Shown here piece by piece: positions 17,089 through 26,700 of a stretch of 64,000 nucleotides of DNA (within the stretch, counting starts at the first letter, position 1; each line of letters begins with the position of its first letter). The stretch comes from Halorussus marinus. GTDB lineage: Archaea > Halobacteriota > Halobacteria > Halobacteriales > Haladaptataceae. The DNA lies in contig NZ_SBIV01000005.1 in assembly GCF_004765795.1 (NCBI RefSeq), positions 62,001-126,000 on the forward strand, written 5' to 3'. The notes beneath the pieces were generated by a model, which saw only the letters and a program-made list of their open reading frames with translations, was not told where the DNA came from and searched no databases. A program made the translations under genes and the position numbers.

Positions 17089-19047
17089 ATGTCACGAGAC
17101 AACGAACAGACGAGCGGAATCGGCGACCCGTCCTCGCGGCGAACGTTCCTCAAGGCCACCGCGGCCGCGGGAGCGCTCGTCGGGGTAGGCGGCGTCGCGG
17201 CGGGACAGGAGCGCCAGGAGTTCGTCTTCGGCGGCGAGGTCGCGGGCTGGATGGGCCGAGAGCCCTCGGAGATCGCGGACACGACGAACCCGACGCTCGA
17301 ACTCGAACCCGGACAGGAGTATGCGTTCACCTGGGAGAACACGGACGGCCGACCCCACAACGTCGCCATCCTCGACGGCGAGGGCGAGGCGCTCGAATCG
17401 ACCGAGATCATCAACGAGGAGGGCGCGACACAGACCCTGCAGTTCTCGGCGACCGAGGAGATGGCCGAGTACGTCTGTGAGGTCCACCCCGCGTCGATGC
17501 GGGGCTCGATCAGCTTCGGCGGGGAGACGACCCAAGCCGAGGAGTCCCAGGAGCGGTTCATGCCGTTCGGCGCCGGTGCGGGCGTCGAGAAGGTCGCCGA
17601 AGGGCTGGTCTCACCGGTCGGGTTCGAACCCGCGCCCGACGATTCGGGGCGGGTGTTCATCCTCGACCAGCCCGGCCGGCTCTACGTCCACGACGGCGAA
17701 CAGCTTCAGGACGAGCCGTTCCTCGACGTCTCGGACATGCTGGTCGACGTCGGCGGCCGAGAGAGCGGCCCGTTCGACGAGCGCGGACTGCTCGGGCTGG
17801 CGTTCCACCCCGAGTTCGCCGACAACGGTCGGTTCTTCCTGCGGCTGAGCGTGCCGCTCGGTGACCCGCCGTACGTGAGCTCCGCCGAGTGGGGCGAGCG
17901 CCCCGGCGAGTTCGACCACATGGAGGTGCTCTCGGAGTTCCAGGCAAGCGAGGACCTCTCGAGCGCCGATTCCGAGTCCGAGACGCGACTGCTCGAGATG
18001 CCTTCGCCCCAGTTCAACCACGACGCGGGGGCGGTCGCCTTCGGACCCGACGGCTACCTCTACGTGCCGACCGGCGACGGCGGCGACGCCGACGACACGG
18101 GGCTCGGCCACGTCGAAGACTGGTACGACGCGAACGAGGGCGGCAACGGGCAGGACGTCACCCAGAACCTGATGGGCGGCGTGCTCCGCATCGACGTCGA
18201 CAACGAGGGCGAAGACCTGCCGTACGCCATCCCGGAGGACAACCCGTTCGCGGAGGGCGGCGACTTCGCCGACTACGACGGACTACCGGAGTACTACGCG
18301 TGGGGACTGCGCAACCCGTGGAAGGCGTCGTTCAACGACGGCGACTTCTACGTCGCGTCGAACGGGCAGAACCTCTTCGAGCAGGTCGACATCGTCGAGA
18401 AGGGCGGCAACTACGGCTGGAACGTCAAGGAGGCGACCCACTGCTTCAGCACGGACAGCCCCAACGACCCGCCCGAGGACTGTCCGGACAGCACGCCCGA
18501 CGACGTCCGGGGCGGCGAGCCGTTGCTCGACCCCGTCATCGAGTACCCCCACACCTACGAGGGTCGCGGGGTCGGCGTGTCGATCATCGGCGGGTACATG
18601 TACAACAACGACGCCATCTCCGGGCTGAACGGCAAGTACGTCTTCGGCGACTACAGCCAGACGGGAGCCGACCCCGCGGGCCGGATCTTCGCGGCGACGC
18701 CGTCCGAGAGCGAGGGCGAACTCTGGTCGCTGGAGGAGGTCCAGCTCGAGGGCTCGCCGAACGGACAGCTCAACATGTACGTCCTCTCGTTCGGACGGGA
18801 CAACGACGGCCGCCTCTACGTGATGGGCAACGACAGCGGCGTGCCCCAGGGCGAGACCGGCGTCGTCTACCGGATAGTCCCGGCCGGCGAGGGCGAGCAG
18901 ATATCGGCGCCCCAGGGCGAGGACATGACGACCGAGGGCGACGGCGAGATGACGACGACGGCGGAAGGCGAGAGCATGACAACGACCGAAAGCGAGAGCA
19001 TGACGACCGAGGGCGACGGCGAGATGACGACGACCGAGAGCGAGTAG
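17089..19047 (+). CDS. Tat-exported PQQ-dependent sugar/sorbosone dehydrogenase with N-terminal cupredoxin (halocyanin-like) domain
   Basis: SRRTFLK Tat motif; type-1 Cu ligands PHNV...YVCEVHPASMRG; GSDH motifs ERGLLGLAFHP, FNHDAG, FGPDGYLYV..GDGG, GLRNPW, GGNYGW. Confidence 0.9.
   Translation: MSRDNEQTSGIGDPSSRRTFLKATAAAGALVGVGGVAAGQERQEFVFGGEVAGWMGREPSEIADTTNPTLELEPGQEYAFTWENTDGRPHNVAILDGEGEALESTEIINEEGATQTLQFSATEEMAEYVCEVHPASMRGSISFGGETTQAEESQERFMPFGAGAGVEKVAEGLVSPVGFEPAPDDSGRVFILDQPGRLYVHDGEQLQDEPFLDVSDMLVDVGGRESGPFDERGLLGLAFHPEFADNGRFFLRLSVPLGDPPYVSSAEWGERPGEFDHMEVLSEFQASEDLSSADSESETRLLEMPSPQFNHDAGAVAFGPDGYLYVPTGDGGDADDTGLGHVEDWYDANEGGNGQDVTQNLMGGVLRIDVDNEGEDLPYAIPEDNPFAEGGDFADYDGLPEYYAWGLRNPWKASFNDGDFYVASNGQNLFEQVDIVEKGGNYGWNVKEATHCFSTDSPNDPPEDCPDSTPDDVRGGEPLLDPVIEYPHTYEGRGVGVSIIGGYMYNNDAISGLNGKYVFGDYSQTGADPAGRIFAATPSESEGELWSLEEVQLEGSPNGQLNMYVLSFGRDNDGRLYVMGNDSGVPQGETGVVYRIVPAGEGEQISAPQGEDMTTEGDGEMTTTAEGESMTTTESESMTTEGDGEMTTTESE
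18925..19044 (+). repeat. Coding tandem repeats MTT(E/T)... at the dehydrogenase C-terminus
   Basis: MTTEGDGE-MTTTAEGES-MTTTESES-MTTEGDGE-MTTTESE; an identical 35-nt DNA segment starts at both 18925 and 19000. Confidence 0.85.
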
Positions 19048-19129
19048 CCCTCGCAGTTCGGTCACGCGCAGGCGCTCATTTTTCGGCATCGACGCCAGCG
19101 CTAAGTGGACGCGCTCGATAGCGAACGCC

Positions 19130-20256
19130 ATGAGCGACGCCGACACGGATCCGTGGCTGGCCGGCGGTCTCGCGGCCCGGAACGCGCTCCGGGCCGCCTC
19201 GACGCCGACTCGCCGGCGGTCCTCGCGACCGTCGCCGGCGCCGAGGGGGCGGCCTACCGCCGCCCGGGCGCAAAGCGGGTGGTCGAGTCCGACGCGGCGC
19301 GGGCCGGAGACACCGAGGACCCGCTGGCCGACCTCGCGGCGGCGGCGCTCGACGACGGTCCGCTCGCCCGGACGTTCGACCTGACGGCCGACGGGGGGAC
19401 GCTCGGCCGGGGACTGGGGTACAGCGGCGTCGTCGACCTGCTGGTCGAACCGATCGACGCGAGCGTCGAGCCGGCGCTCGACCGGATCGCGGCGGGCGAG
19501 CGGGTCGCCGTGGTGACGGTCACGGGCGGCGACCGGGCGCCGGTCGGCGCGCGAGCGATCGCGACCCCCGACGGCGGCGTCGAGGCCGCCGACGCGAGGC
19601 CACCGATCCCCGACGACGTGCTGGCCGACGTTCGGCCGACGGCCGGCGACCTCGCGGCCGCCGGCGAATCCGCCCGGATCACCGCCGAGACCGACCGCGG
19701 GACGGCGACGGTGTTCGTCGACGGCTACGCGCCCGCGACAGAACTCCTCGCGCTCGCCGGCGACCTCGACGTGCGCCCCGTCGCGCGGTTCGCCCGCGAG
19801 GCGGGCTTTCGGGTGACGGTCGCGACCCCGACCGGGACCGGGATCGACGCCGGCGACGTTCCGGCCGCCCACCGGGTCCTCGCGATCCGGCCCGCGGACC
19901 TCGCCGACGCTGTCGGGCGGCCCGCCGACACCTACGCCGTGCTCCTGTCCCACGACTTCGAGGCCGACCGACTCGCGCTGGCGTCCCTGCTCGACACAGA
20001 CGTTCCCTACGTCGGCGTGATGGGGCCCCGCGAGCGCTTCGGGGCGCTGGCCGAGGCGCTCGCCGAGGACGGACGCGACCTCTCGGACGCCGACCGCGAC
20101 CGGATCGCCTCGCCGGTCGGCCTCGACCTCGGGAGCGACGACCCCGCGCAGGTCGGCCTGAGCGTCGTCGCGGAGGCGCTCGCCGTCGCGAACGGCCGCG
20201 AGGGCGGTCGGCTCACCCGCGGCGAGGGGCCGATCCACCCGCGCCCGGACGTGTGA
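19130..20256 (+). pseudogene. xdhC: XdhC/CoxF-family Moco chaperone, apparently frameshifted near 19195 and degenerate
   Basis: Acidic N-terminus MSDADTDPW... (ATG 19130) is in a different frame from the XdhC body (AVLATV...EGAAYRRPGAK, SHDF..D, YVGVMGPRER, SPVGLDLG); one extra base at gcc gcc tc gac would join them. Sequencing error cannot be excluded. Confidence 0.6.
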
Positions 20257-20357
20257 CCGCGCCGCGCGACCCGCGGTTCGGCGGGCTCACGGGCGGAGCG
20301 CGCGCCGGCCGGACCCAAAGCATAACACCCCCGGGTTCGTGGTGTCTGCCAACACTG

Positions 20358-20570
20358 ATGGCGCTCGGACCGAAGCAGTGGCAGTGCAAAGACTGCGGGC
20401 GAAAGCACAGCACCGACCGCAAGCAGTGTGTCTCGTGTGGGTACAGCGTGCTCACGCCCGTCGACAACGAGCGCCGACTGAGCCGGCTCGTCTCGACCCT
20501 GCTGGCGTTGCTACCCGCTATCCTCTCGATCCTCACGATGGGGCTGTTGGCGTGGGTGCTCTTTTTCTGA
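20358..20570 (+). CDS. Small zinc-ribbon membrane protein (70 aa)
   Basis: MALGPKQWQCKDCGRKHSTDRKQCVSCGYSVL... with two CxxC motifs and a C-terminal hydrophobic helix; ATG 20358. Confidence 0.7.
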   Translation: MALGPKQWQCKDCGRKHSTDRKQCVSCGYSVLTPVDNERRLSRLVSTLLALLPAILSILTMGLLAWVLFF

Positions 20571-21771
20571 CCGCGAGGACACAGCCGGCGAGCATCAGCG
20601 CCGTCCCGTACAGCGGCGGCGTCGCCAGCGCGAGCGCGGGCGCCAGCGCTTCGAACGCCGCGTCGGGGATCGGCGTCTCGGTCACCAGCGTCTCGACGTT
20701 CGACGCGGTGAGCGCGACGTTCGAGACGAACGCGCCGGTCGCGAACAGCGCCCGTTCGGGCCCGGCCTCGAACAGGTAGAGCAGGGGCACCAACGGGAAA
20801 AACAGGAACGCGAAGTACAGCAGTAGCGACGGGAACCCGACGACCATCACCGCCATCGTGACGAAGATCGCGACGAGGCGCTCGATCGGCGTCTCGATCC
20901 GCCGGAAGGTGTACGCGACGACGGGCGCCAGCGCGAGGAACCCGAGCGCGGTGTAGGCGCTCGACGGGAGCGACGGGAACAGCACCGACAGCGGCCGGCG
21001 CACTGTGACCAGCTGGGCGGCGGGGTCGAGCCCGCCGACGAACTGGTCGTTCGAGAGCCGCGGGACCAGCGCCCGTTCGACGTACGTCAGGTGGGTGTCG
21101 ACGCCGAACGCCGCCACCCCGACCGCGAACGCCCCGACGCCGGTCGCGGTCGCGGCCGCGATCGCCCGCCACGCCCGCCGGCGGAGGAGCCAGAGCCCCA
21201 CCGCCGCGGGGAAGAGCTTGACGACCGCCGGGAGCGCGAACGCGACGCCGGCCTTCGTCTGCTCGCCGTCGACTTCGAGCCACCAGAACCCCGCCGCGAT
21301 CGCGAGCAACAGCGGGAAGTTGGTCTCGCCGTACAGGATCGAGGGCACCGAGTGGAGCGACGCGACCGCGAACGCCCCGACGAGCGCGCGGTCGACCCAC
21401 GGTAGCTCGGTCCCGCGATACCGCTCGGTGAACGCCACGAGCAACGCCGCCACGCCCACGGCGGCCGCGACGTTGACGAGCGTGTGGACCGCGAACGCGG
21501 CTTCCCACCCGTCGAGTAGCGCGTAGGGGTAGAACGCCGGGATCGTGACCGGCGGGTAGACGTAGCTGTACGGGTGGCCGGCCGGCGAGGCGGCGTAGAA
21601 GTCCCCGCCGGCCAGCGCGGTCTCGGCCGCCAGGTGGTACACCTTCAGGTCGACGCCGACGAGCGACGCTCGGCGGGCGAGCGTCGCCTCGGCGCCGGCG
21701 ATGCCGAGCAGGACGCCTGCGAGGAGGACGATGCGTGCGGGCCACGGAGAGGGCGGGGCGTCGTCTGTCAT
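20533..21771 (-). CDS. Glycosyltransferase family 87 (DUF2029, GT-C) membrane protein
   Basis: DLKVYHLAA, YVYPP, GETN, VKLFP motifs; many TM helices. Confidence 0.85.
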   Translation of the reverse strand: MTDDAPPSPWPARIVLLAGVLLGIAGAEATLARRASLVGVDLKVYHLAAETALAGGDFYAASPAGHPYSYVYPPVTIPAFYPYALLDGWEAAFAVHTLVNVAAAVGVAALLVAFTERYRGTELPWVDRALVGAFAVASLHSVPSILYGETNFPLLLAIAAGFWWLEVDGEQTKAGVAFALPAVVKLFPAAVGLWLLRRRAWRAIAAATATGVGAFAVGVAAFGVDTHLTYVERALVPRLSNDQFVGGLDPAAQLVTVRRPLSVLFPSLPSSAYTALGFLALAPVVAYTFRRIETPIERLVAIFVTMAVMVVGFPSLLLYFAFLFFPLVPLLYLFEAGPERALFATGAFVSNVALTASNVETLVTETPIPDAAFEALAPALALATPPLYGTALMLAGCVLAVRKRAPTPTAPS

Positions 21772-21819
21772 GGTGTGGTCGGCAGTCGTCGAACGGGCGA
21801 ATCGGGAGCGTCGCGACGC

Positions 21820-23601
21820 TCAGTCCTCGGCCTCGCGGGCCGCCTCGGGCGACCAGTCGTCGAGGGTGCGCTGGACGGCCTCCTCGCCGACCGCGCGGGC
21901 CAGCGTCTCGAAGCCCGCCCGCTCGGCCCGGCCGTCGGCGCCCGCGAGCAGTCGCGAGACGATGAACTCCGGGGTCGACCGGCCGACCGTGCCAAAGCGG
22001 GGCTGGTAGTCGACTTCGAGTTCGAGGTCGTCGTCGAGCCCCTCGGCGAAGATGCCGTCCTTGCGGGCCTTCTCGGGCAGGGGCTTGAGGTCGTCGGCGA
22101 GGTGGGTGACGAACACCCCGAGCGCGCCCCGGTCGACCGTGAGCCGGACCAGCCCGTGGAGCAGGTCGGCCGCGCTTCCCGGTTCGGTGATGGCCTCGAA
22201 CTCGTCGACCAGCATCAGGGTGTTCTCCCCGCCGGTCAGCGGCGGGACGATGCTCCGGAGCGTCGATTCGAGCACGCCGGCGTTGAAGCTGGCGTGGCGC
22301 CGGTGGAACACGATGTCGTCGGACAGCGAGATCGCGGCGCGCTCGGCGGGCACCGGCAGGCCCATCTGGGCGAGCAACGCGCACTGACACAGCGTCTCCA
22401 GCAGGGTCGTCTTCCCGCCGGAGTTCGCGCCGGTCAGGACCGCTACCCGGTCGCCGGCCGGCGGGGACCGCTCGCTGTCGGCCGCCGACCCGTCGGCAAC
22501 GTCGTGGTCGCCGATCGCGTAGGTCACCGGCTGGACGTCCTCGTCGGCGGCTTCGAGTCCGACGTTCCGGGCGTTCCGAACCGCGAACCCGTCGTCGACG
22601 AACTCGGGGCGCGAGAGGTCGAACGCGACCGCGAACCGAGCGAGCGAGAGGTGAAACGCGAGGTCCTCGACCGCCTCGGCCGCGGCGTCGATCGCCGCCC
22701 GGGCGTCGGCGATCCGGCCCCGGAGCCGGCGGGCGACCGACCGCTCGCGCTCGTCGGCGGCCTCCCGAAGCGCCGCGAGCAGTTCCCGGAGCGTCGCGTT
22801 CACGAAGTCAGCGGCGTCGGCGGCGTCGTCGGGGGCGGCGTCTCTGACCCGCTGGAACCCCGCGCCGGTCTCGCTCGCGACGTAGTCGACGACCACCTCG
22901 CCGAACTCCGCGCCGGCCCGGGCCTCCGACCGGATCTCCTCCATCGCGTCGAGCGAGTCGGCCGACAGCGCCTCGGTCGCGTCGCGGGCGTCCCGGAGCG
23001 AGTCGAGTTCGTCGTCGACCCCGCGAGCCACCTCGCCGCCGTCGAGGTCCGCGAGCGCGTCGGCCGCAGTTTCGAGCGCGTCGCGGTTGATCGCCGTCAC
23101 GTCGGCGAACGCCCCGCCGGAGACGCCGGCGTCCCGGATCGCCAGCGCTGTCCGGACCGCGGCCTCGTCGCGGTCGAGGCCGTCGTCGGCGTAGGTCTCG
23201 AACGCCGCGCGGACCGCCTCGCGGGTCGTCCCGTCGAGGGCCTCCCACGACGCTCTGGCGTCGACCACCGCGTCGAGGCGCGCCTCGGCGTCGTCCCGAG
23301 AGCGGAGCGGGGTCAGCACCCGGATGCGGTCGGCCGCCGACTCGGTCAGGGCGTAGTCGCTCGCGATCCCGAGCAGGTCCTTGTACACCGACCGGGCGTC
23401 TCTGGTGGCGAGCACCGACATCCCCTCGCCGCCGTTCGCGCGGCGCAGGATGCGGGTCGCGCGCCCGCGGGCCAGCCCCGCCGCCACCAGCGCGCCGACG
23501 TCGCCGGACTCGATGGCCTCGATCGAGCGCTCGGTGCCAAGCGCGGCTTCGAGGCGCTCGCTCGTCTTGGGCCCGACGCCCCAGTACTCCTGCAGTCGCA
23601 T
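21820..23601 (-). CDS. mutS5: Haloarchaeal MutS5-type ATPase (N-terminal HhH, C-terminal MutS domain V)
   Basis: GVGPKT HhH, LTGANSGGKTT Walker A, LAQMGLPVPA, VDEFEAITE, VTHL. Confidence 0.85.
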   Translation of the reverse strand: MRLQEYWGVGPKTSERLEAALGTERSIEAIESGDVGALVAAGLARGRATRILRRANGGEGMSVLATRDARSVYKDLLGIASDYALTESAADRIRVLTPLRSRDDAEARLDAVVDARASWEALDGTTREAVRAAFETYADDGLDRDEAAVRTALAIRDAGVSGGAFADVTAINRDALETAADALADLDGGEVARGVDDELDSLRDARDATEALSADSLDAMEEIRSEARAGAEFGEVVVDYVASETGAGFQRVRDAAPDDAADAADFVNATLRELLAALREAADERERSVARRLRGRIADARAAIDAAAEAVEDLAFHLSLARFAVAFDLSRPEFVDDGFAVRNARNVGLEAADEDVQPVTYAIGDHDVADGSAADSERSPPAGDRVAVLTGANSGGKTTLLETLCQCALLAQMGLPVPAERAAISLSDDIVFHRRHASFNAGVLESTLRSIVPPLTGGENTLMLVDEFEAITEPGSAADLLHGLVRLTVDRGALGVFVTHLADDLKPLPEKARKDGIFAEGLDDDLELEVDYQPRFGTVGRSTPEFIVSRLLAGADGRAERAGFETLARAVGEEAVQRTLDDWSPEAAREAED

Positions 23602-23702
23602 GTCCGAGGCGTGACGCCGGCGGGCCTTAACGTTTGCACAAGAGCCGGTCGCCCCGGTGCAGACGAAACCGTTACAACCGTGGCGGATCTGTCACGACTA
23701 AC

Positions 23703-26700
23703 ATGCTCCCGCAGTCGGTAGAACGCGGCCCTCACGACGGGGACCTGCGTCGCGTACTGTACGTCGACGCCGGCGACGGAGACGGCGTCGCGGACGCCCC
23801 GTCGTTCACGCTCGAAACCGAGTCGCGGGCGACCGACGCGCTGGGCCGTCTCGACGCCGAGCGGTTCGACTGCGTGATCGCGGGGCCCGACCTCCCCGAG
23901 ACCGACGGCATCACCCTGCTCGAAACCGTCGGCGAGCTGTTCCCGGCGGTCGGGCGCGTCCTCGTGGCCGACTCGGTGGCCGACGCGCCCGACGGCGTCG
24001 AGTTCGTCTCCGCCCGGCCGTCCGACGACCGCCCGGCTCGGCTCGCTCGCCGTGTCGCGCGCGTGCTCGATCGCCGCGAGACCGAGCGGTCTCGCGACCT
24101 GCTCGCCGACCGGTTCGGCACGCTGGTCGAGTGCTCGCCCGACGCGATGCTCACGCTGGACGACGACTGCACGATCCTGTTCGCCAACGCGGCGACCGAA
24201 CGGGTGTTCGGCTACGACCCCGCCGAGCTGGTCGGCGACTCGGTGGGCCGCCTGCTCGCCGAGCGGGTCCGCGGGTCGGTCAGGGCGGCGATCGCGGAAC
24301 TGCGCGAGGCCGACGCGACCGCCGAGTGCGAGTACGTCGAGCTCCCGGGACGGGACCGCGAGGGCGAGGAGATCCCGCTCGTGGTCTCGGTCACCGAGTC
24401 GGTCCGGGACGGCCGGCGCTACTACTCGTGTATCGTGAGGGAAGTCAGCGAGCGAAAGCGCCTCGAAGAGCGCCTCGGCGAGGAGCGGCGCAAGACCCGC
24501 GACCTCCACGACGTGGCGGTGATGCTCGAAGCCTGCGACACCGCCGACGAGGTGTGTCGGCTCGCGGTCGAGACCGCAGAGCAACTGCTCGAATTCGACA
24601 TCGCGGCGGTCGATATAGTCGAAGACGACGTGCTCGTCCCGCGGGCCGTCTCGAAAGGGATACCTTCCGACGGCTACTACACGACCACCCCGATCGACGC
24701 CGACGACAAGCTCGCGGCGCGGGCGCTCCGGGCCGACGAGACGATCCGGACCGGCGACCTCCGCGAGGCCGGGGTCGACCCGGCCGCGACCGGCTACCGG
24801 TCGGCGCTGACCGTTCCCATCGGCGAGACCGGCGTGTTTCAGGCGGTCTCGAAGGAGTCCGACTCCTTCGACGAGAGCGACCGCGAGCTCGCCGAACTGC
24901 TGGTGGCTCACATGCGCGAGGCGCTCGCGCGCATCCGGTCTGAGCGCGCGCTGGCCGCCGAGCGCGACCGGTTCGCCGCGCTGTTCGAGCACATCCCCGA
25001 ACCGACCGTCGACTACCAGATCCGCGACGGCCGTTGTCTCATCGAGGCGGTCAATCCGGCCTTCGAGGCGGTGTTCGGCTACGACGCCGAGGAGGCGGTC
25101 GGCGAGGCGGCCGAGGAGCTGATCGTCCCCGAAGAGGCCCGCGCGGAGGCCGAACACCACATTCAGAAGGTCAAGGCCGGCGAGCAGATCAACGCCGAGG
25201 TGCGCCGGGAGACCGCCGAGGGCTACCGGGACTTCCTGTTGCGAAACGCCGACATGCCCGGCGAGGACAACGCGGGCTATCTCATCTACACCGACATCAC
25301 CGACCGCAAGCAACTGGAGCGAGACCTCTCGCGCGAGAAAGAGAAGATCGAGCGGCTCCACCACGTCGCGGTCAGGCTCGAAAGCTCCGAGTCGCCCGAC
25401 GAGATCTACCAGCGCACCGTCGACGCCGCCGAGGAGATCCTGAAGTTCGACAGCTGTAGCATCGACGTCGACGAGAACGGGTGGTTCGTCGCGAGGGCGA
25501 CGTCCTCGGAGCTCGAAACCGACGACTACCCCGACCTCCGGACCGACGCGGGGCTCGCCGGCAAGACCTACCAGACCGGCGAGACCTACGTCGTCGACGA
25601 CGCCCAGAGCCCCGACGGCCCCGAGGTGCTCGACGAGAAGTACCGGTCGTTCCTGAGCGTCCCGGTCGGCGACCGCGGGGTGTTTCAGGCGGCCTCGCGG
25701 TCGGTCGGGGAGTTCGACGGCGAGGACGCCCGGCTGGCCGAACTGCTCCTTTCACACGCGGTCCAGGCGCTGGTCCGGGTCGAGTCGAAGTCGGCGCTCC
25801 GGGCCGAGCGCGACCGGTTCGCCGCGCTGTTCGAGAACGTCCCCGAACCGATCGCAGACTACGAGTTCCGGGACGGCGAACCCATCGTCCGGTCGGTCAA
25901 CGAGGCGTTCGAGGCGGTGTTCGGCTACGACGCCGACCGGGCGGTCGGCCGGTCGCTCGACGACCTCATCACCCCCGACGGCGAACGCGGGGCGGCCGAG
26001 CGGCTCAACGAGCAGGTGCGGGCCGGCGAGCGCGTCGACGCCGAGGTGCGCCGGGAGGCCGCCGACGGGATCCGCGATTTCCTGTTGCGCAACGCGGAGG
26101 TCTCGGGGAGCCCCGGCAACTACGTCATCTACACCGACATCACCGAGCGCAAGGAACGCGAGCGCCGCCACCGGTCGATGACCGAGGACGTGCTCGACAA
26201 CACCGACGTGGGTATCTTCGTCCTCGACGAGGAGTTCGACGTGGCGTGGGCGAACGCGACGGTCGAGGAGTACTTCGGCGTCGACCGGGAGGACCTGCTC
26301 GGCCGCGACAAGGAGACGCTCGTCGACGAGCGCATCGCCCCGACGGTCGAGGACTCGGCGCACTTCGCCGAGACGGTGGTCGGGACGTACGAGGACAACA
26401 CCGGCGTCGAACAGTTCTCCTGTCGGGTCACGCCCGCCGAGGGCCGGGCCGAGCGGTACCTCCAGCACCGGAGCCGCCCCATCGAGTCGGGGCTGTACGC
26501 CGGCGGTCGGGTCGAGCTCTACTACGACGTGACCGAACGCACCGAGCGCGAGGAGATGCTCGACGCGCTCCACGGCGCGAGCCGGCGGCTGATGGCGGCC
26601 CAGAGCCAGCGCGAGATCGCCGAGACCGCGGTCGAGACCGCCGCCGAGGTGCTCGACATCCCCCACACGACGGTGCTCCGGTGGAACGACGACGCCGGGG

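Noticed and set aside
18925..19044. Direct repeats considered as a CRISPR array
   Set aside because: They are in-frame coding repeats without unique spacers, and there are no cas genes.
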